Source: an uncultured Erysipelotrichales bacterium
GTDB lineage: Bacteria > Bacillota_I > Bacilli_A > Erysipelotrichales > Coprobacillaceae
Reading direction: 5' to 3'
Length of the DNA: 52,462 bases
Assembly: GCA_964596105.1 (NCBI GenBank)
Contig: CAZQRT010000002.1
Location: 1 to 52,462, forward strand
The notes under the pieces are model-generated. The model did no database searches, was not told the DNA's origin, and worked only from the letters and a program-made list of their open reading frames with translations. Shown piece after piece: positions 1 to 10,402 of the stretch (within the stretch, counting starts at the first letter, position 1; every line of letters begins with the position of its first letter). Both the position numbers and the translations under genes were made by a program.

Positions 1-2
1 TG

Positions 3-608
3 GTGTTAGCGGGACAGACAGCCCAAGAGCTCCATCATCCGGTCTTACTGGATCCGGTCGGGGCTGGGGGAGCCAAAATGCGCACGAAAGCGGCTCTGGA
101 ATTATTAAACCGTGTTTCTTTTAATGTCATCCGCGGCAACATGAGCGAGATCAAAGCGCTGCTTTTCGATGACGCTCAAACCAGCGGGGTGGATGCCTCG
201 CCAGGTGATCAGATCACCCGCGATAATCTCAAGAACTGTCAAAAGCTGGTCATGCAAGCCGCGCGGCATTTTCATTGTGTCATCGCTGTCAGCGGCGCGA
301 TCGATGTGGTTTCCGACGGAGAGAAAACTTACGCCATTTATAACGGCGATCCCAAAATGGCGGGGATTACCGGCACGGGGTGCATGCTGTCAAGTCTCAT
401 GACAAGTTTTATCGCCGTCCATAAAGATGAGATCTTAGAAGCCGCGCGGGCCGCGCTATGTCTGATGGGGGCGGCCGGGGAACATGCCGCTAGCCGGTTA
501 AAGGACTGGGAGGGCAGCATGGCGCTGCGCCAGTATCTGATCGACACGATCGTTCACGCTGATGATGAATGGTTGAAAAGGAATGAGCGCTATGAACTTC
601 TCAAGTGA
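3..608 (+). CDS. thiM: hydroxyethylthiazole kinase (5' end cut by window edge)
   Basis: The ORF is open to the window edge. The translation (VLLDPVGAGG...IRGNMSEI...GTGCMLSS) fits the ThiM family, and thiE and thiD follow directly. Confidence 0.85.
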   Translation: MLAGQTAQELHHPVLLDPVGAGGAKMRTKAALELLNRVSFNVIRGNMSEIKALLFDDAQTSGVDASPGDQITRDNLKNCQKLVMQAARHFHCVIAVSGAIDVVSDGEKTYAIYNGDPKMAGITGTGCMLSSLMTSFIAVHKDEILEAARAALCLMGAAGEHAASRLKDWEGSMALRQYLIDTIVHADDEWLKRNERYELLK

Positions 609-1215
609 AAATCTTCTAGTTTACGGCGTCACGCCTGAAAATATCAGTCTTGAGGATTTACAGGCGGCTTTGGAAAACGGCGTGACTTTAGTGCAGTTAA
701 GAGCGAAAAATCTCAGCCGCGAGGCTTTTTTGGATAAAGCGATACGCTGCCGGGATTTATGTCATCAGTACGGTGTTCCTTTAATCATCAATGATGATGT
801 CACGATCGCGAAAGAGTGTCAGGCGGACGGCGTTCATCTCGGCCAGGAGGATATGCCGGTCAAAAAGGCCCGGGAGATCTTAGGGGATCATGTTGTCATC
901 GGGGCTTCCGCTCATAGTGTGAAAGAAGCTTTGCAGGCGGAACAGGACGGCGCGGATTATTTAGGGGTCGGGGCGGTTTTCCCCACGGGAACTAAACCGG
1001 ACGCCCAATCTTTAAGCCTGGATACGCTCAAGGAGATTACTAAAGCGGTAAACATTCCCTGTGTCGCGATCGGCGGCATCACGTTTGAGAACATGGCCCT
1101 TTTAAAAGGCAGCGGCATCGCCGGGGTCGCGGTCGTTTCCGCCATTTTCGCCGCGAAGGATATTGGATGGGAGACCCGGCGTTTAAAACAGCAGGCAAAG
1201 GAGTTATTTTTATGA
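583..1215 (+). CDS. thiE: thiamine-phosphate synthase
   Basis: The translation carries TMP-synthase hallmarks (VQLRAK, IINDD, ADGVHLGQED, GVGAVFPTGTK, AIGGI). It overlaps the thiM end by 26 nt. Confidence 0.9.
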   Translation: MSAMNFSSENLLVYGVTPENISLEDLQAALENGVTLVQLRAKNLSREAFLDKAIRCRDLCHQYGVPLIINDDVTIAKECQADGVHLGQEDMPVKKAREILGDHVVIGASAHSVKEALQAEQDGADYLGVGAVFPTGTKPDAQSLSLDTLKEITKAVNIPCVAIGGITFENMALLKGSGIAGVAVVSAIFAAKDIGWETRRLKQQAKELFL

Positions 1216-2000
1216 AAACAGCGTTAAGTATCGCCGGCAGCGACTGCAGCGGAGGCGCCGGCATTCAGGCCGATTTAAAAACCATGACCATGAACGGAGT
1301 CTACGCGATGAGCGCCATCACGGCTTTAACGGCCCAGAACACGACCGGGGTGAAGAGCATTTTTCCGGTTACCGGGGATTTTTTGAAGGATCAGATCGAT
1401 ATGGTCTTCACCGATATTTATCCTGACGCGGTGAAAATCGGCATGGTTTCAAGCGCGGATTTAATGGCCGTGATCGGGGAGCGGTTAACTTTTTATAAAG
1501 CGAAAAACATCGTCGTGGATCCGGTCATGGTGGCGACCAGCGGGGCGGTTCTCATGGAACCGGAAGCACTGGCGGCCATGGAGAAGTATCTGATCGCCTG
1601 TGCCGATATCATTACCCCTAACATTCCCGAGGCGGAGGTGCTTTCCGGCATGTCCATTAAAAATGAAAAGGACATGGAAAAAGCCGGGCTTCTCCTTGAT
1701 GACAAATATCACTGCGCGATTTTGGTGAAGGGCGGTCATGAGATTAACGACGCGAATGATCTTTTGGTGGTAGATCATGAACTTATGTGGATCAAAGGGC
1801 GGCGCGTGGATAATCCCAATACCCACGGCACAGGCTGCACCCTGTCAAGCGCGATCGCCGCGCATCTGGCCTTGGGCGATGATCTTTACAAAAGCGTAAA
1901 AAAAGCCAAGGAGTATGTGTCCATGGCTTTGATGGATATGCTTGATTTAGGTCACGGCCGCGGCCCGATGAATCACGCTTTCGCTTTGTTTAAGTCTTGA
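1212..2000 (+). CDS. thiD: hydroxymethylpyrimidine/phosphomethylpyrimidine kinase
   Basis: ATG 1212 overlaps the thiE stop (ATGA). The N-terminus MKTALSIAGSDCSGGAGIQADLKT is typical of ThiD. The track start at 1167 lies inside thiE. Confidence 0.9.
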   Translation: MKTALSIAGSDCSGGAGIQADLKTMTMNGVYAMSAITALTAQNTTGVKSIFPVTGDFLKDQIDMVFTDIYPDAVKIGMVSSADLMAVIGERLTFYKAKNIVVDPVMVATSGAVLMEPEALAAMEKYLIACADIITPNIPEAEVLSGMSIKNEKDMEKAGLLLDDKYHCAILVKGGHEINDANDLLVVDHELMWIKGRRVDNPNTHGTGCTLSSAIAAHLALGDDLYKSVKKAKEYVSMALMDMLDLGHGRGPMNHAFALFKS

Positions 2001-2448
2001 GCTTCCTTTTCCTTTTCTCATAGCGCTTGATGATTTCTTTCTCGATCACGTTAGGATCCATGAAAGGGTAGCGCACGGTCACGGTTTCATCGTGATAGGT
2101 AAATGACAGCTTGTGATTGACGAAGGAAGGTTCTTTGATATCGTCCAGTTTGAAGAACTTGCCGCGAAAATAAAGAAAACGGCGGTTTAAGTACATCTCT
2201 TTATCGGTGAAGATAAAAAAGACCGCGAGGCTGAAAATGGTCACCAGGATATAGATCCAGTCGAAGGGCACGATCAAACCGATCACCATGATGATATAAA
2301 AAGGCACGATGAGACTCTTCTGTCCTTTCGTCAAAACCCGGTACATGGTTTTATCCTTCTTTAAGACTTTATGGCGCTCACGGTAGTCAACAAACAACAG
2401 CACGAGCAGAACCAGTCGCAAAAAGCCGTGAATGAGCAAACGGATCAT
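1990..2448 (-). CDS. hypothetical small membrane protein (2-3 TM helices plus basic C-terminal tail)
   Basis: ORF 1990..2523. The internal ATG at 2448 is preceded by AAGGA, and the hydrophobic segments start right after it. I recognise no family. Its 3' end overlaps the thiD 3' end by 11 nt (convergent). Confidence 0.5.
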   Translation of the reverse strand: MIRLLIHGFLRLVLLVLLFVDYRERHKVLKKDKTMYRVLTKGQKSLIVPFYIIMVIGLIVPFDWIYILVTIFSLAVFFIFTDKEMYLNRRFLYFRGKFFKLDDIKEPSFVNHKLSFTYHDETVTVRYPFMDPNVIEKEIIKRYEKRKRKLKT

Positions 2449-2513
2449 ATTGACATCCTTCTTTCCGGGGCTAATGATATCATAATATCCGTCAAAATGC
2501 CACGGGAAAACGC

Positions 2514-2705
2514 GTGATGACAAAATTGATGGTGATAATGATGATCTTTATCGTGATTTTAGGACTCTGGCTGTTTTTCGCGCTTCGCTACATGAAAAGA
2601 AACAAAGGCTGCGACGGTGACTGCGGTCATTGCCCGGCGCGAAAAAACAGGTCTGATTTTTGCGATTCAAGGGAAAAATCAGGCAAAACTTTCGGTCAGG
2701 AATAA
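2514..2705 (+). CDS. FeoB-associated Cys-rich small membrane protein-like
   Basis: A single N-terminal TM helix is followed by KRNKGCDGDCGHCP, the pattern of the FeoB-associated Cys-rich membrane protein family. The start is GTG 2514 or ATG 2517 and the SD is weak. Confidence 0.5.
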   Translation: MMTKLMVIMMIFIVILGLWLFFALRYMKRNKGCDGDCGHCPARKNRSDFCDSREKSGKTFGQE

Positions 2706-2709
2706 AAAC

Positions 2710-2737
2710 TTGCACTTTGTGAAAAAATCGTTATAAT
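2710..2737 (+). promoter_or_regulatory. sigma-A type promoter (TTGCAC-16-TATAAT)
   Basis: TTGCAC lies at 2710-2715 and TATAAT at 2732-2737, about 22 nt upstream of the 2760 start. Confidence 0.6.
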
Positions 2738-2759
2738 ACAGCTAGAAGGAGTGAGGAGA

Positions 2760-3296
2760 ATGACAACACTGGAAGTCTGGGCAGTAGTGATTTTTGTCGT
2801 ATGTTTTCTTGTCAGCAATATCGCCATGTATCTGCAAAAAGGTGCCCTTTATGAATCTAAGCATCTCTGGCTGTATTTTGGCACGGTAAAGGCCACTGTG
2901 ATTGCTCCTGCTCTCTATACGATTGTGCAGTTATATGTGTTTGCTTTTGAATTTGTCGGCGCGGTTGGCAATGACATGTACCATATGGTTTACTATTGTT
3001 ATCTCGGATATTTAATTCTTGCCGGCTTTATCTTCTTCATGGAGGAGATGCAGGTGAACCTGTTGCGGATCATGTCTGGTCTTTTGCTGGCTTATCAGTG
3101 CCTGATGGGCTATATTCTGATCGCGAATCAGAAGACGCTGATGGTGCTGGGGGACAGTCCGATGAACCCTTTCGCGAACGGGCAAACCATGGGCATATTT
3201 TTATGTCTGTTAGGCCCGATCATGTCGCTGGCCGCTTTCGCGACCGTCTGGCATTACTGGCGCGGCAATAACAAGCATGATTTTACTCCCAACTGA
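2760..3296 (+). CDS. hypothetical polytopic membrane protein
   Basis: ATG 2760 sits 8 nt after GAAGGAG. There are about 6 hydrophobic helices, no recognised motif, and a strong terminator follows. Confidence 0.6.
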   Translation: MTTLEVWAVVIFVVCFLVSNIAMYLQKGALYESKHLWLYFGTVKATVIAPALYTIVQLYVFAFEFVGAVGNDMYHMVYYCYLGYLILAGFIFFMEEMQVNLLRIMSGLLLAYQCLMGYILIANQKTLMVLGDSPMNPFANGQTMGIFLCLLGPIMSLAAFATVWHYWRGNNKHDFTPN

Positions 3297-3320
3297 TGTG
3301 CGCACGCACATCTTTTTTTA
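3295..3320 (+). terminator. rho-independent terminator
   Basis: A perfect 7-bp stem GATGTGC/GCACATC with a 4-nt loop is followed by a T-run. Confidence 0.8.
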
Positions 3321-3367
3321 TGTCAGATATGTTTTTAACTAAATTGTGAGCGTTTACGTAAAATTCA

Positions 3368-3376
3368 TGTTATAAT
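3368..3376 (+). promoter_or_regulatory. extended -10 promoter element (TGtTATAAT) for the phospho-beta-glucosidase gene
   Basis: TGTTATAAT lies at 3368-3376, 40 nt upstream of ATG 3417. There is no good -35 box. Confidence 0.5.
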
Positions 3377-3386
3377 ATTACCGTAA

Positions 3387-4897
<1,511 letters not shown>

Positions 4898-4898
<1 letters not shown>

Positions 4899-4926
4899 GC
4901 TTCCCGAAAGGGAGCCTTTTTTGTTT
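4898..4926 (+). terminator. rho-independent terminator
   Basis: The hairpin GGCTTCCC-GAAA-GGGAGCC is followed by TTTTTTGTTTT. Confidence 0.75.
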
Positions 4927-4968
4927 TGCCCAAAGCCGGAATATGGTAGAATAAAAAGGGGTGAAAAG

Positions 4969-5910
4969 ATGTTTAATCAAATTTGGGAAATTTTAAAAAA
5001 CGCCCGGCACATCTATCTGTACCGCCATATCAACGCGGATTACGACGCGCTTGGCGCGCAGTACGGGCTTTGGGCTTTACTTAAAAATCTGGCCCCCGTC
5101 AGCATTCTCGGCACGGAGCCGGAAGATTTAAAAGCGCAGATGAAACTGCCGGAAGTTTCCCGGCAGGAACCGGAAGGATCCCAGGGCGAGGTCGCGGTGG
5201 TGCTCGATACCGCCAACCAGGCCCGCATCGACGGCCAGGGCTTTAAGCGCTGTGAAACGCTCATCAAGATTGATCATCACGAGATCGTCGATGAATTTGG
5301 TGATTTTCGCGTTGAGAAACCGGAAGCCGGCAGCACCTGTGAGATCATCACCGCCATGGCCGAGATTCTCGGTTTAAACATAACCGCCCCGGCCGCTGCC
5401 TTTTTATACTTTGGCATGATTGGCGATACCGGCCGCTTTCTGTATGCGCAGACAAGCCCCCTGACCCTGAGGATGGCGGCGCGCCTGCTGGAAACCGGCA
5501 TCGACATCAGCCAGATCTATGAGGCCATGTATCTGCGCGACCGCCATACATTGGCTAGTGAGCGGTATGTTTTAAATCATACCCGCTACGCGAACGGCGT
5601 GGCTTACTTTATCCTGGAAGAAGAGGAACTGGAACAGTTAAACCTGACCCGGGAACAGGCCAGCCGCATGGTGGACCTGTTAGGAAATGTCCGGGAATAT
5701 CACGTCTGGGCGGCGGTCACGTATCAAAAAGAAAGCGGCAAGTACCGCGTCTCTTTGCGCAGCCGCCATGTCGATGTCGCCAAAGTCGCCGCCAGTTTTC
5801 AAGGCGGCGGGCACCGCCTGGCGAGCGGCGCGACCTTAAACAGTTTAAACGAACTGCCGTTATTGATCGCGAAGTTAGAGGAGGCCGTCAAAAATGAGAT
5901 TTCAATATAA
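4969..5910 (+). CDS. nrnA: DHH/DHHA1 family phosphoesterase (NrnA-like oligoribonuclease/pAp phosphatase)
   Basis: ATG 4969 follows AAGGGGTG. DHH motifs are present (HINADYDALG, VVLDTAN, KIDHH, GDTGRF, GGGH). The size is ~313 aa, as for NrnA. Confidence 0.75.
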   Translation: MFNQIWEILKNARHIYLYRHINADYDALGAQYGLWALLKNLAPVSILGTEPEDLKAQMKLPEVSRQEPEGSQGEVAVVLDTANQARIDGQGFKRCETLIKIDHHEIVDEFGDFRVEKPEAGSTCEIITAMAEILGLNITAPAAAFLYFGMIGDTGRFLYAQTSPLTLRMAARLLETGIDISQIYEAMYLRDRHTLASERYVLNHTRYANGVAYFILEEEELEQLNLTREQASRMVDLLGNVREYHVWAAVTYQKESGKYRVSLRSRHVDVAKVAASFQGGGHRLASGATLNSLNELPLLIAKLEEAVKNEISI

Positions 5911-7537
5911 TACCTATTATCCCCGCCCGCGTTTTCAAATGAGAAGAAAAGACACGAAATGGGCGGTCCCGATCGCTTTAGCGGTTGTGGTGTTGCTGTT
6001 TGTGGTCCTGGAGTATTTCTTGTTTATTCCCGTCACCATTCGCAACCCCAATTTCCTGCTTTTTCTCGCCCTTCTGATCTTAGTTTTTGACGCCCTGGTC
6101 TTCATTTTGAAAAGCGGCTTTCAAAAATGGCAGCGTTACCTGCTGTATTTTGCGGGACTTTTGTTTGTCATCGTGATCGCGGGCTCTTTGATCAGCGCGC
6201 CAATATTTCACGCGCACAAGTACCAGCAGCAGCTGGCGATGAACGAGGACGCGGATTTTTATGAGGATATCACCGCCATCAGTTTCAACCAGATTCCCGT
6301 CGTCGACCGCGACAGCGCCACCCGCCTGGGCGACCGCAAAATGGGCGAAATCATGGACTACGTCTCGCAGTTTGATGTCTGGCCCGACTATACCCAGATT
6401 AACTATCACGGCCGTCCCGTCCGCGTTACCCCGTTGGGTTACAGCGGCCTGATCAAGTGGTTCAACAACTTCCGGGAAGGTTTGCCGGCTTATATCATCG
6501 TGGATATGGTCAATCAGGAGGCGGATATCAAGCGTCTCGATGAGAAAATGAAATACTCCGAATCCGACCTGTTTTTCCGCGATGTCAGACGCCATCTCTT
6601 TACGCGATATCCAACCCGGATGTTCGCGGAAGTCTCCTTTGAGATTGACGAGGAGGGCATCCCTTATTATGTCGCCCCGGTTTATGAGTACAAGATCGGC
6701 CTGTTTGGCGGCAAAGATATCGTCGGGGCGGTCCTGCTCAACGCGATCAACGGTGATACGCAGTACTATCCGATTGACGAGGTGCCGACCTGGCTGGACC
6801 GGGTTTATCCGGAAAGCCTCGTCGTCAGTCAGCTCGATAACTGGGGCAAATACCAGAACGGCTTTTTGAATTCCTATTTCGGCCAGCGCGGCGTCTTGAA
6901 GAGCACCGACGGCTATAACTATATTACCATCGATGATGATGTCTATCTCTACACCGGGCTGACTTCGGTTCTCGCCGATGAGTCCAATGTCGGCTTCGCT
7001 TTGATTAACCTGCGCACCAAAGAAGCCAAGTTCTACAACATCCCGGGCGCTGAGGAGTACTCCGCGATGGAGTCGGCGATGGGCCAGGTTCAGGATTTGC
7101 ACTATCAGGCGACTTTCCCGATTTTGATTAATTCCGGCGGGGAGCCGACGTACTTCATGGCCCTGAAGGACAGCGCGGGCCTGGTGAAGCAGTATGCCTT
7201 TGTTTCCGTCACTAACTACAATATCGTGGCGACCGGGGTCAGTGTCGCGGAAGCCCAGAAAAATTACTTCCAGGCTTTAAGCGCGGCCGGCCAGGCGGTT
7301 ACCGAAGGCGAGTTAGTCACGGCGCAGGGCACGGTGACGAGGATCCAGAATGTCGTCGTGGAGGGCAATACCCGGGTTTACTTCAGCCTTGGCGACGGCA
7401 AGGTTTATATCGCCAGTGTCACCCTTGACGACCGTCTGCCGCTTTTGACCGCGGGCGATCAGGTGGAGGTTTCGTATTATCAGACAGAGGGCACCAGCGT
7501 CAGCGTCCAGAGCATCGCGTTTTTAAGTGAGGAGTGA
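5894..7537 (+). CDS. large membrane-anchored protein of unknown function (N-terminal TM bundle plus ~430-aa extracytoplasmic domain)
   Basis: ATG 5894 sits 9 nt after AGAGGAGG and overlaps the nrnA 3' end. Three to four TM helices occupy aa ~20-110, followed by a long soluble domain. Its stop codon lies inside the SD of the response-regulator gene. Confidence 0.7.
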   Translation: MRFQYNTYYPRPRFQMRRKDTKWAVPIALAVVVLLFVVLEYFLFIPVTIRNPNFLLFLALLILVFDALVFILKSGFQKWQRYLLYFAGLLFVIVIAGSLISAPIFHAHKYQQQLAMNEDADFYEDITAISFNQIPVVDRDSATRLGDRKMGEIMDYVSQFDVWPDYTQINYHGRPVRVTPLGYSGLIKWFNNFREGLPAYIIVDMVNQEADIKRLDEKMKYSESDLFFRDVRRHLFTRYPTRMFAEVSFEIDEEGIPYYVAPVYEYKIGLFGGKDIVGAVLLNAINGDTQYYPIDEVPTWLDRVYPESLVVSQLDNWGKYQNGFLNSYFGQRGVLKSTDGYNYITIDDDVYLYTGLTSVLADESNVGFALINLRTKEAKFYNIPGAEEYSAMESAMGQVQDLHYQATFPILINSGGEPTYFMALKDSAGLVKQYAFVSVTNYNIVATGVSVAEAQKNYFQALSAAGQAVTEGELVTAQGTVTRIQNVVVEGNTRVYFSLGDGKVYIASVTLDDRLPLLTAGDQVEVSYYQTEGTSVSVQSIAFLSEE

Positions 7538-7542
7538 CGGTC

Positions 7543-8220
7543 ATGAAATCACGGATCTTATTTGTGGATGATGAAGAGCCGATTCGCGAACTGGTGAGGT
7601 TCTATGTGGAAAAAGAGGGCTTTACCATGCTTGAGGCTGAGGACGGGGTCCAGGCGCTGGAAATATTTGAGAATGAGTATGTGGATCTCGCGATTGTCGA
7701 TATCATGATGCCCCGCATGGACGGCTGGGAACTGGTCAAAAAAATGAAGGCCCAGCGCGATGTGCCGGTCATCATGCTGACGGCGATGGGGGAGTCCAAG
7801 GACAAGCTGCGCGGCTTTGATATCGGCAGCGATGATTATGTCGTCAAGCCTTTTGACCCTGACGAGCTGATGGCGCGGGTGAAGACCATCCTGAAGCGCT
7901 ACAGCATCAATTCGCAAAATATCGTGCAGATCGGCAATGTCACCTTTGACGGCGACAAGTGCGAGGTGATCTATCAGGATCAGGCCATCCATCTGCCTTT
8001 AAAGCAGTTTGAGCTGGTGTTTGAGCTGGCCAAGAAGCCTAACCACATATTCAGCCGGGAACAGCTGATTGAGCGCATCTGGGGCATGGATTACGACGGC
8101 TTTGACCGCACCGTGGATGTCCATATTAAAAGAATCCGCGAGCATCTCGGTTTCATCCCTGATTTCAAGGTGGTCACGGTGCGCGGCCTCGGTTATAAAA
8201 TTGAGGTTACGCCGCAATGA
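7543..8220 (+). CDS. OmpR/PhoB-family response regulator
   Basis: ATG 7543 sits 8 nt after GTGAGGAG. The receiver domain has ILFVDDE...DLAIVDIMMP...K and there is a C-terminal winged-helix domain (VDVHIKRIRE...TVRGLGYK). Confidence 0.9.
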   Translation: MKSRILFVDDEEPIRELVRFYVEKEGFTMLEAEDGVQALEIFENEYVDLAIVDIMMPRMDGWELVKKMKAQRDVPVIMLTAMGESKDKLRGFDIGSDDYVVKPFDPDELMARVKTILKRYSINSQNIVQIGNVTFDGDKCEVIYQDQAIHLPLKQFELVFELAKKPNHIFSREQLIERIWGMDYDGFDRTVDVHIKRIREHLGFIPDFKVVTVRGLGYKIEVTPQ

Positions 8221-9554
8221 AGTCGCTTTACGGCAAATTAGTTTTCGGATTTTTGATCAGCATCTTTTTCGCGTTTTCTCTGGCCGGGTATGTGAGCACG
8301 CAAAATCACCGCGAGCGGCTGGAGGAACTGACGGTCAACCGCATCACGGAAAGCGCGCAGAGTTTAGTGAATCTGCCTCTGGAAGCGGGCGGCATGGAAA
8401 GTTATGCCCGGGCAACCGGCATCGGGATCGCCGTGGTTCACGGGGATCAGGTGGATTATTACGGCACGGAGATGGCGGGCCTGACGGATGACAAGATTCT
8501 GGACATGGCGTCCAGTCCCGGGGCGCAAAAAGACGGGGAGAGCATGTTTTATGCCGCCCCGGCGGCCGGCGGGGCGACGCTGGTGCTGCGCAAGAGCATG
8601 CATGAGGAAAACCGGATTTTTGAGCAGTCGCTCATGTACGCGCTGGGCAGTATCTTCATCTGCGGCACGGTGGTGTTTTTAATCATCGCCAATTTCATTG
8701 TCAAACCGGTGCAGCGTCTCACCAGAGCCACGAAAGAGCTGACCAAGGGAAATTATAATGTCGAGGTGAAATACCGCGGCCATGATGAACTGGCTGTGCT
8801 GGCCGAAAGCTTCAATACCATGGCCCGGCGCCTTTTAGAGCTGGAGGAGAACCGCCAGAAGTTTATTTCCGATGTGTCCCACGAGTTTCAAACCCCGCTG
8901 ACTTCCATTCAGGGTTTCGCGAAGATTTTAAAGTCGGAGGAGATCAGCAGCGAGCAGCGGACGCGGTACGCCAATATTATTCTGGAACAGTCCAAAAGGC
9001 TTTCGATTTTATCGAAGAACATGATGCAGCTGACGCTATTGGAAAATGACGACATCAGGCTGGAAAAAAGCCGTTATTCGCTGACGGCGCAGCTGGCCGC
9101 GATCGTCGAGATGCAGACGGTTGACGCCAGCCGGAAAAATCTTGATCTCGTGACCGATTTTCCCAAGTCTGATGTTATGATCGTGGCCGACAAGGACCGC
9201 ATGGAGCAGGTTTTCATCAATCTCATCAGCAATGCCATCAAGTATACCATGGAGGGCGTGATCACGGTGCGCCTGCGCCGCTCTCTCAAGGAGATCGAGG
9301 TGCAGGTGGAGGATACCGGCATCGGGCTGACTCCGGAAGCGCAGAATCATATTTTTGACCGCTTTTACCGCGCCGACAAATCGCGCTCCATCCAGGGCAA
9401 CGGCCTCGGTCTGGCGATCGTGAAGCGCATCATCGATCTGCACGGGTTCAAGATCAATGTGCAAAGCCAGCCGGATGTCGGATCGATTTTTTCGGTGATC
9501 ATTCCCGGCGAGGGCATTCATCTGACGATGCGCGGTAAAAATCAGGAGTCTTAG
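8217..9554 (+). CDS. sensor histidine kinase (2 TM, HAMP, HisKA, HATPase_c)
   Basis: It overlaps the regulator gene by ATGA. It has the H-box SHEFQTPLTSI, an N-box NLISNAIKY and G-boxes DTGIGL / GNGLGLAIV. Confidence 0.9.
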   Translation: MKSLYGKLVFGFLISIFFAFSLAGYVSTQNHRERLEELTVNRITESAQSLVNLPLEAGGMESYARATGIGIAVVHGDQVDYYGTEMAGLTDDKILDMASSPGAQKDGESMFYAAPAAGGATLVLRKSMHEENRIFEQSLMYALGSIFICGTVVFLIIANFIVKPVQRLTRATKELTKGNYNVEVKYRGHDELAVLAESFNTMARRLLELEENRQKFISDVSHEFQTPLTSIQGFAKILKSEEISSEQRTRYANIILEQSKRLSILSKNMMQLTLLENDDIRLEKSRYSLTAQLAAIVEMQTVDASRKNLDLVTDFPKSDVMIVADKDRMEQVFINLISNAIKYTMEGVITVRLRRSLKEIEVQVEDTGIGLTPEAQNHIFDRFYRADKSRSIQGNGLGLAIVKRIIDLHGFKINVQSQPDVGSIFSVIIPGEGIHLTMRGKNQES

Positions 9555-9578
9555 ATTCATAGTTTTAGATTTATAGTT
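9551..9578. repeat. tandem 14-bp direct repeat (TTAGATTCATAGTT / TTAGATTTATAGTT)
   Basis: The two copies match at 13/14 positions and lie immediately after the kinase stop in an AT-rich spacer. Confidence 0.6.
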
Positions 9579-9603
9579 TTATATATTCATAAATTTATTA
9601 AAG

Positions 9604-9636
9604 AAAAAACCCTGTCTAAGACAGGGCTTTTATTTT
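9604..9636. terminator. bidirectional rho-independent terminator
   Basis: The hairpin CCCTGTC-TAA-GACAGGG is flanked by an A-run upstream and a T-run downstream. It lies between convergent genes. Confidence 0.8.
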
Positions 9637-10355
9637 AGAAAGTCAGGAATGGCGAAGCAGTGGGCATGGATCCGGTTTAACAGCCGCAGCCGCTCCACGA
9701 CGGGTCCGGCGCCGCTTTGCAGTTTAAACAGCTTGTCATACATAGCCATCGTCGCTTCGTCGACCTGGGTTTTGTGGGCGCGGATCGCCTTCATTTTCAG
9801 CTCGTAAACGTCCGCGATATCAACAGCGGTATTGGCGCGGTCCGTGAAGTAGTAGCCGATGATCTCGGGAGCCCAGGCATCCTCGTGAAGTTTGTCGTCA
9901 GAAAAAGGATACCAGGCTTCGGGACTGCGCATAAAGGCTTCATTGACGGCTTTGCCGCAGTGCAGATGGACCGGGTGCATTTCATCCTGCAGGGCCGGGT
10001 CCGCGGTAAAAATCGCCTGAGGGCGGATTTTGCGGATGACCTTGACCAGATCGCCCACTAAATCGTCATGGGTACTGTAGTTTAGCGTCTGGTAGCCGAG
10101 ATCGCCCAGATTGATGACGCCGAGAATATTCATGGCGTTGCCCGCTTCGATCTTGCGCATCGCCGCCAGCTGGCTTGGGGGAATGGTTTTGGAGCCGCCC
10201 GCCCCCAGGGTGACAGTCAGACCGTAGACGGGGATTTTGTTTCGCACGAGCCAGGCCATAGTGCCGCCGGCGCCGATCTCGTTGTCGTCGGGATGGGGCT
10301 GGATGAACAGGGCGCTTTGAATGTCCGTGATTTTTGGATAAGCGATCAGATCCAT
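9630..10355 (-). CDS. PIG-L/LmbE family N-acetylglucosaminyl deacetylase
   Basis: The N-terminal motif LFIQPHPDDNEIGAGGTMA is characteristic of the PIG-L family. Confidence 0.75.
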   Translation of the reverse strand: MDLIAYPKITDIQSALFIQPHPDDNEIGAGGTMAWLVRNKIPVYGLTVTLGAGGSKTIPPSQLAAMRKIEAGNAMNILGVINLGDLGYQTLNYSTHDDLVGDLVKVIRKIRPQAIFTADPALQDEMHPVHLHCGKAVNEAFMRSPEAWYPFSDDKLHEDAWAPEIIGYYFTDRANTAVDIADVYELKMKAIRAHKTQVDEATMAMYDKLFKLQSGAGPVVERLRLLNRIHAHCFAIPDFLK

Positions 10356-10402
10356 GATTTCCTCCTTAAAAAAAGGACCGCAGGATACGGTCCCATTTTG
10401 CT

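Noticed and set aside
1990-2000. thiD and the hypothetical membrane-protein gene overlap by 11 bp at their convergent 3' ends, with no terminator between them.
   Set aside because: It is probably just compact genome organisation. There is nothing testable from the sequence beyond possible convergent transcription.
6080-7102. A 340-aa minus-strand ORF lies inside the large membrane-protein gene.
   Set aside because: It is an antisense shadow with low-complexity composition. The plus-strand frame has the SD, TM helices and operon coupling.
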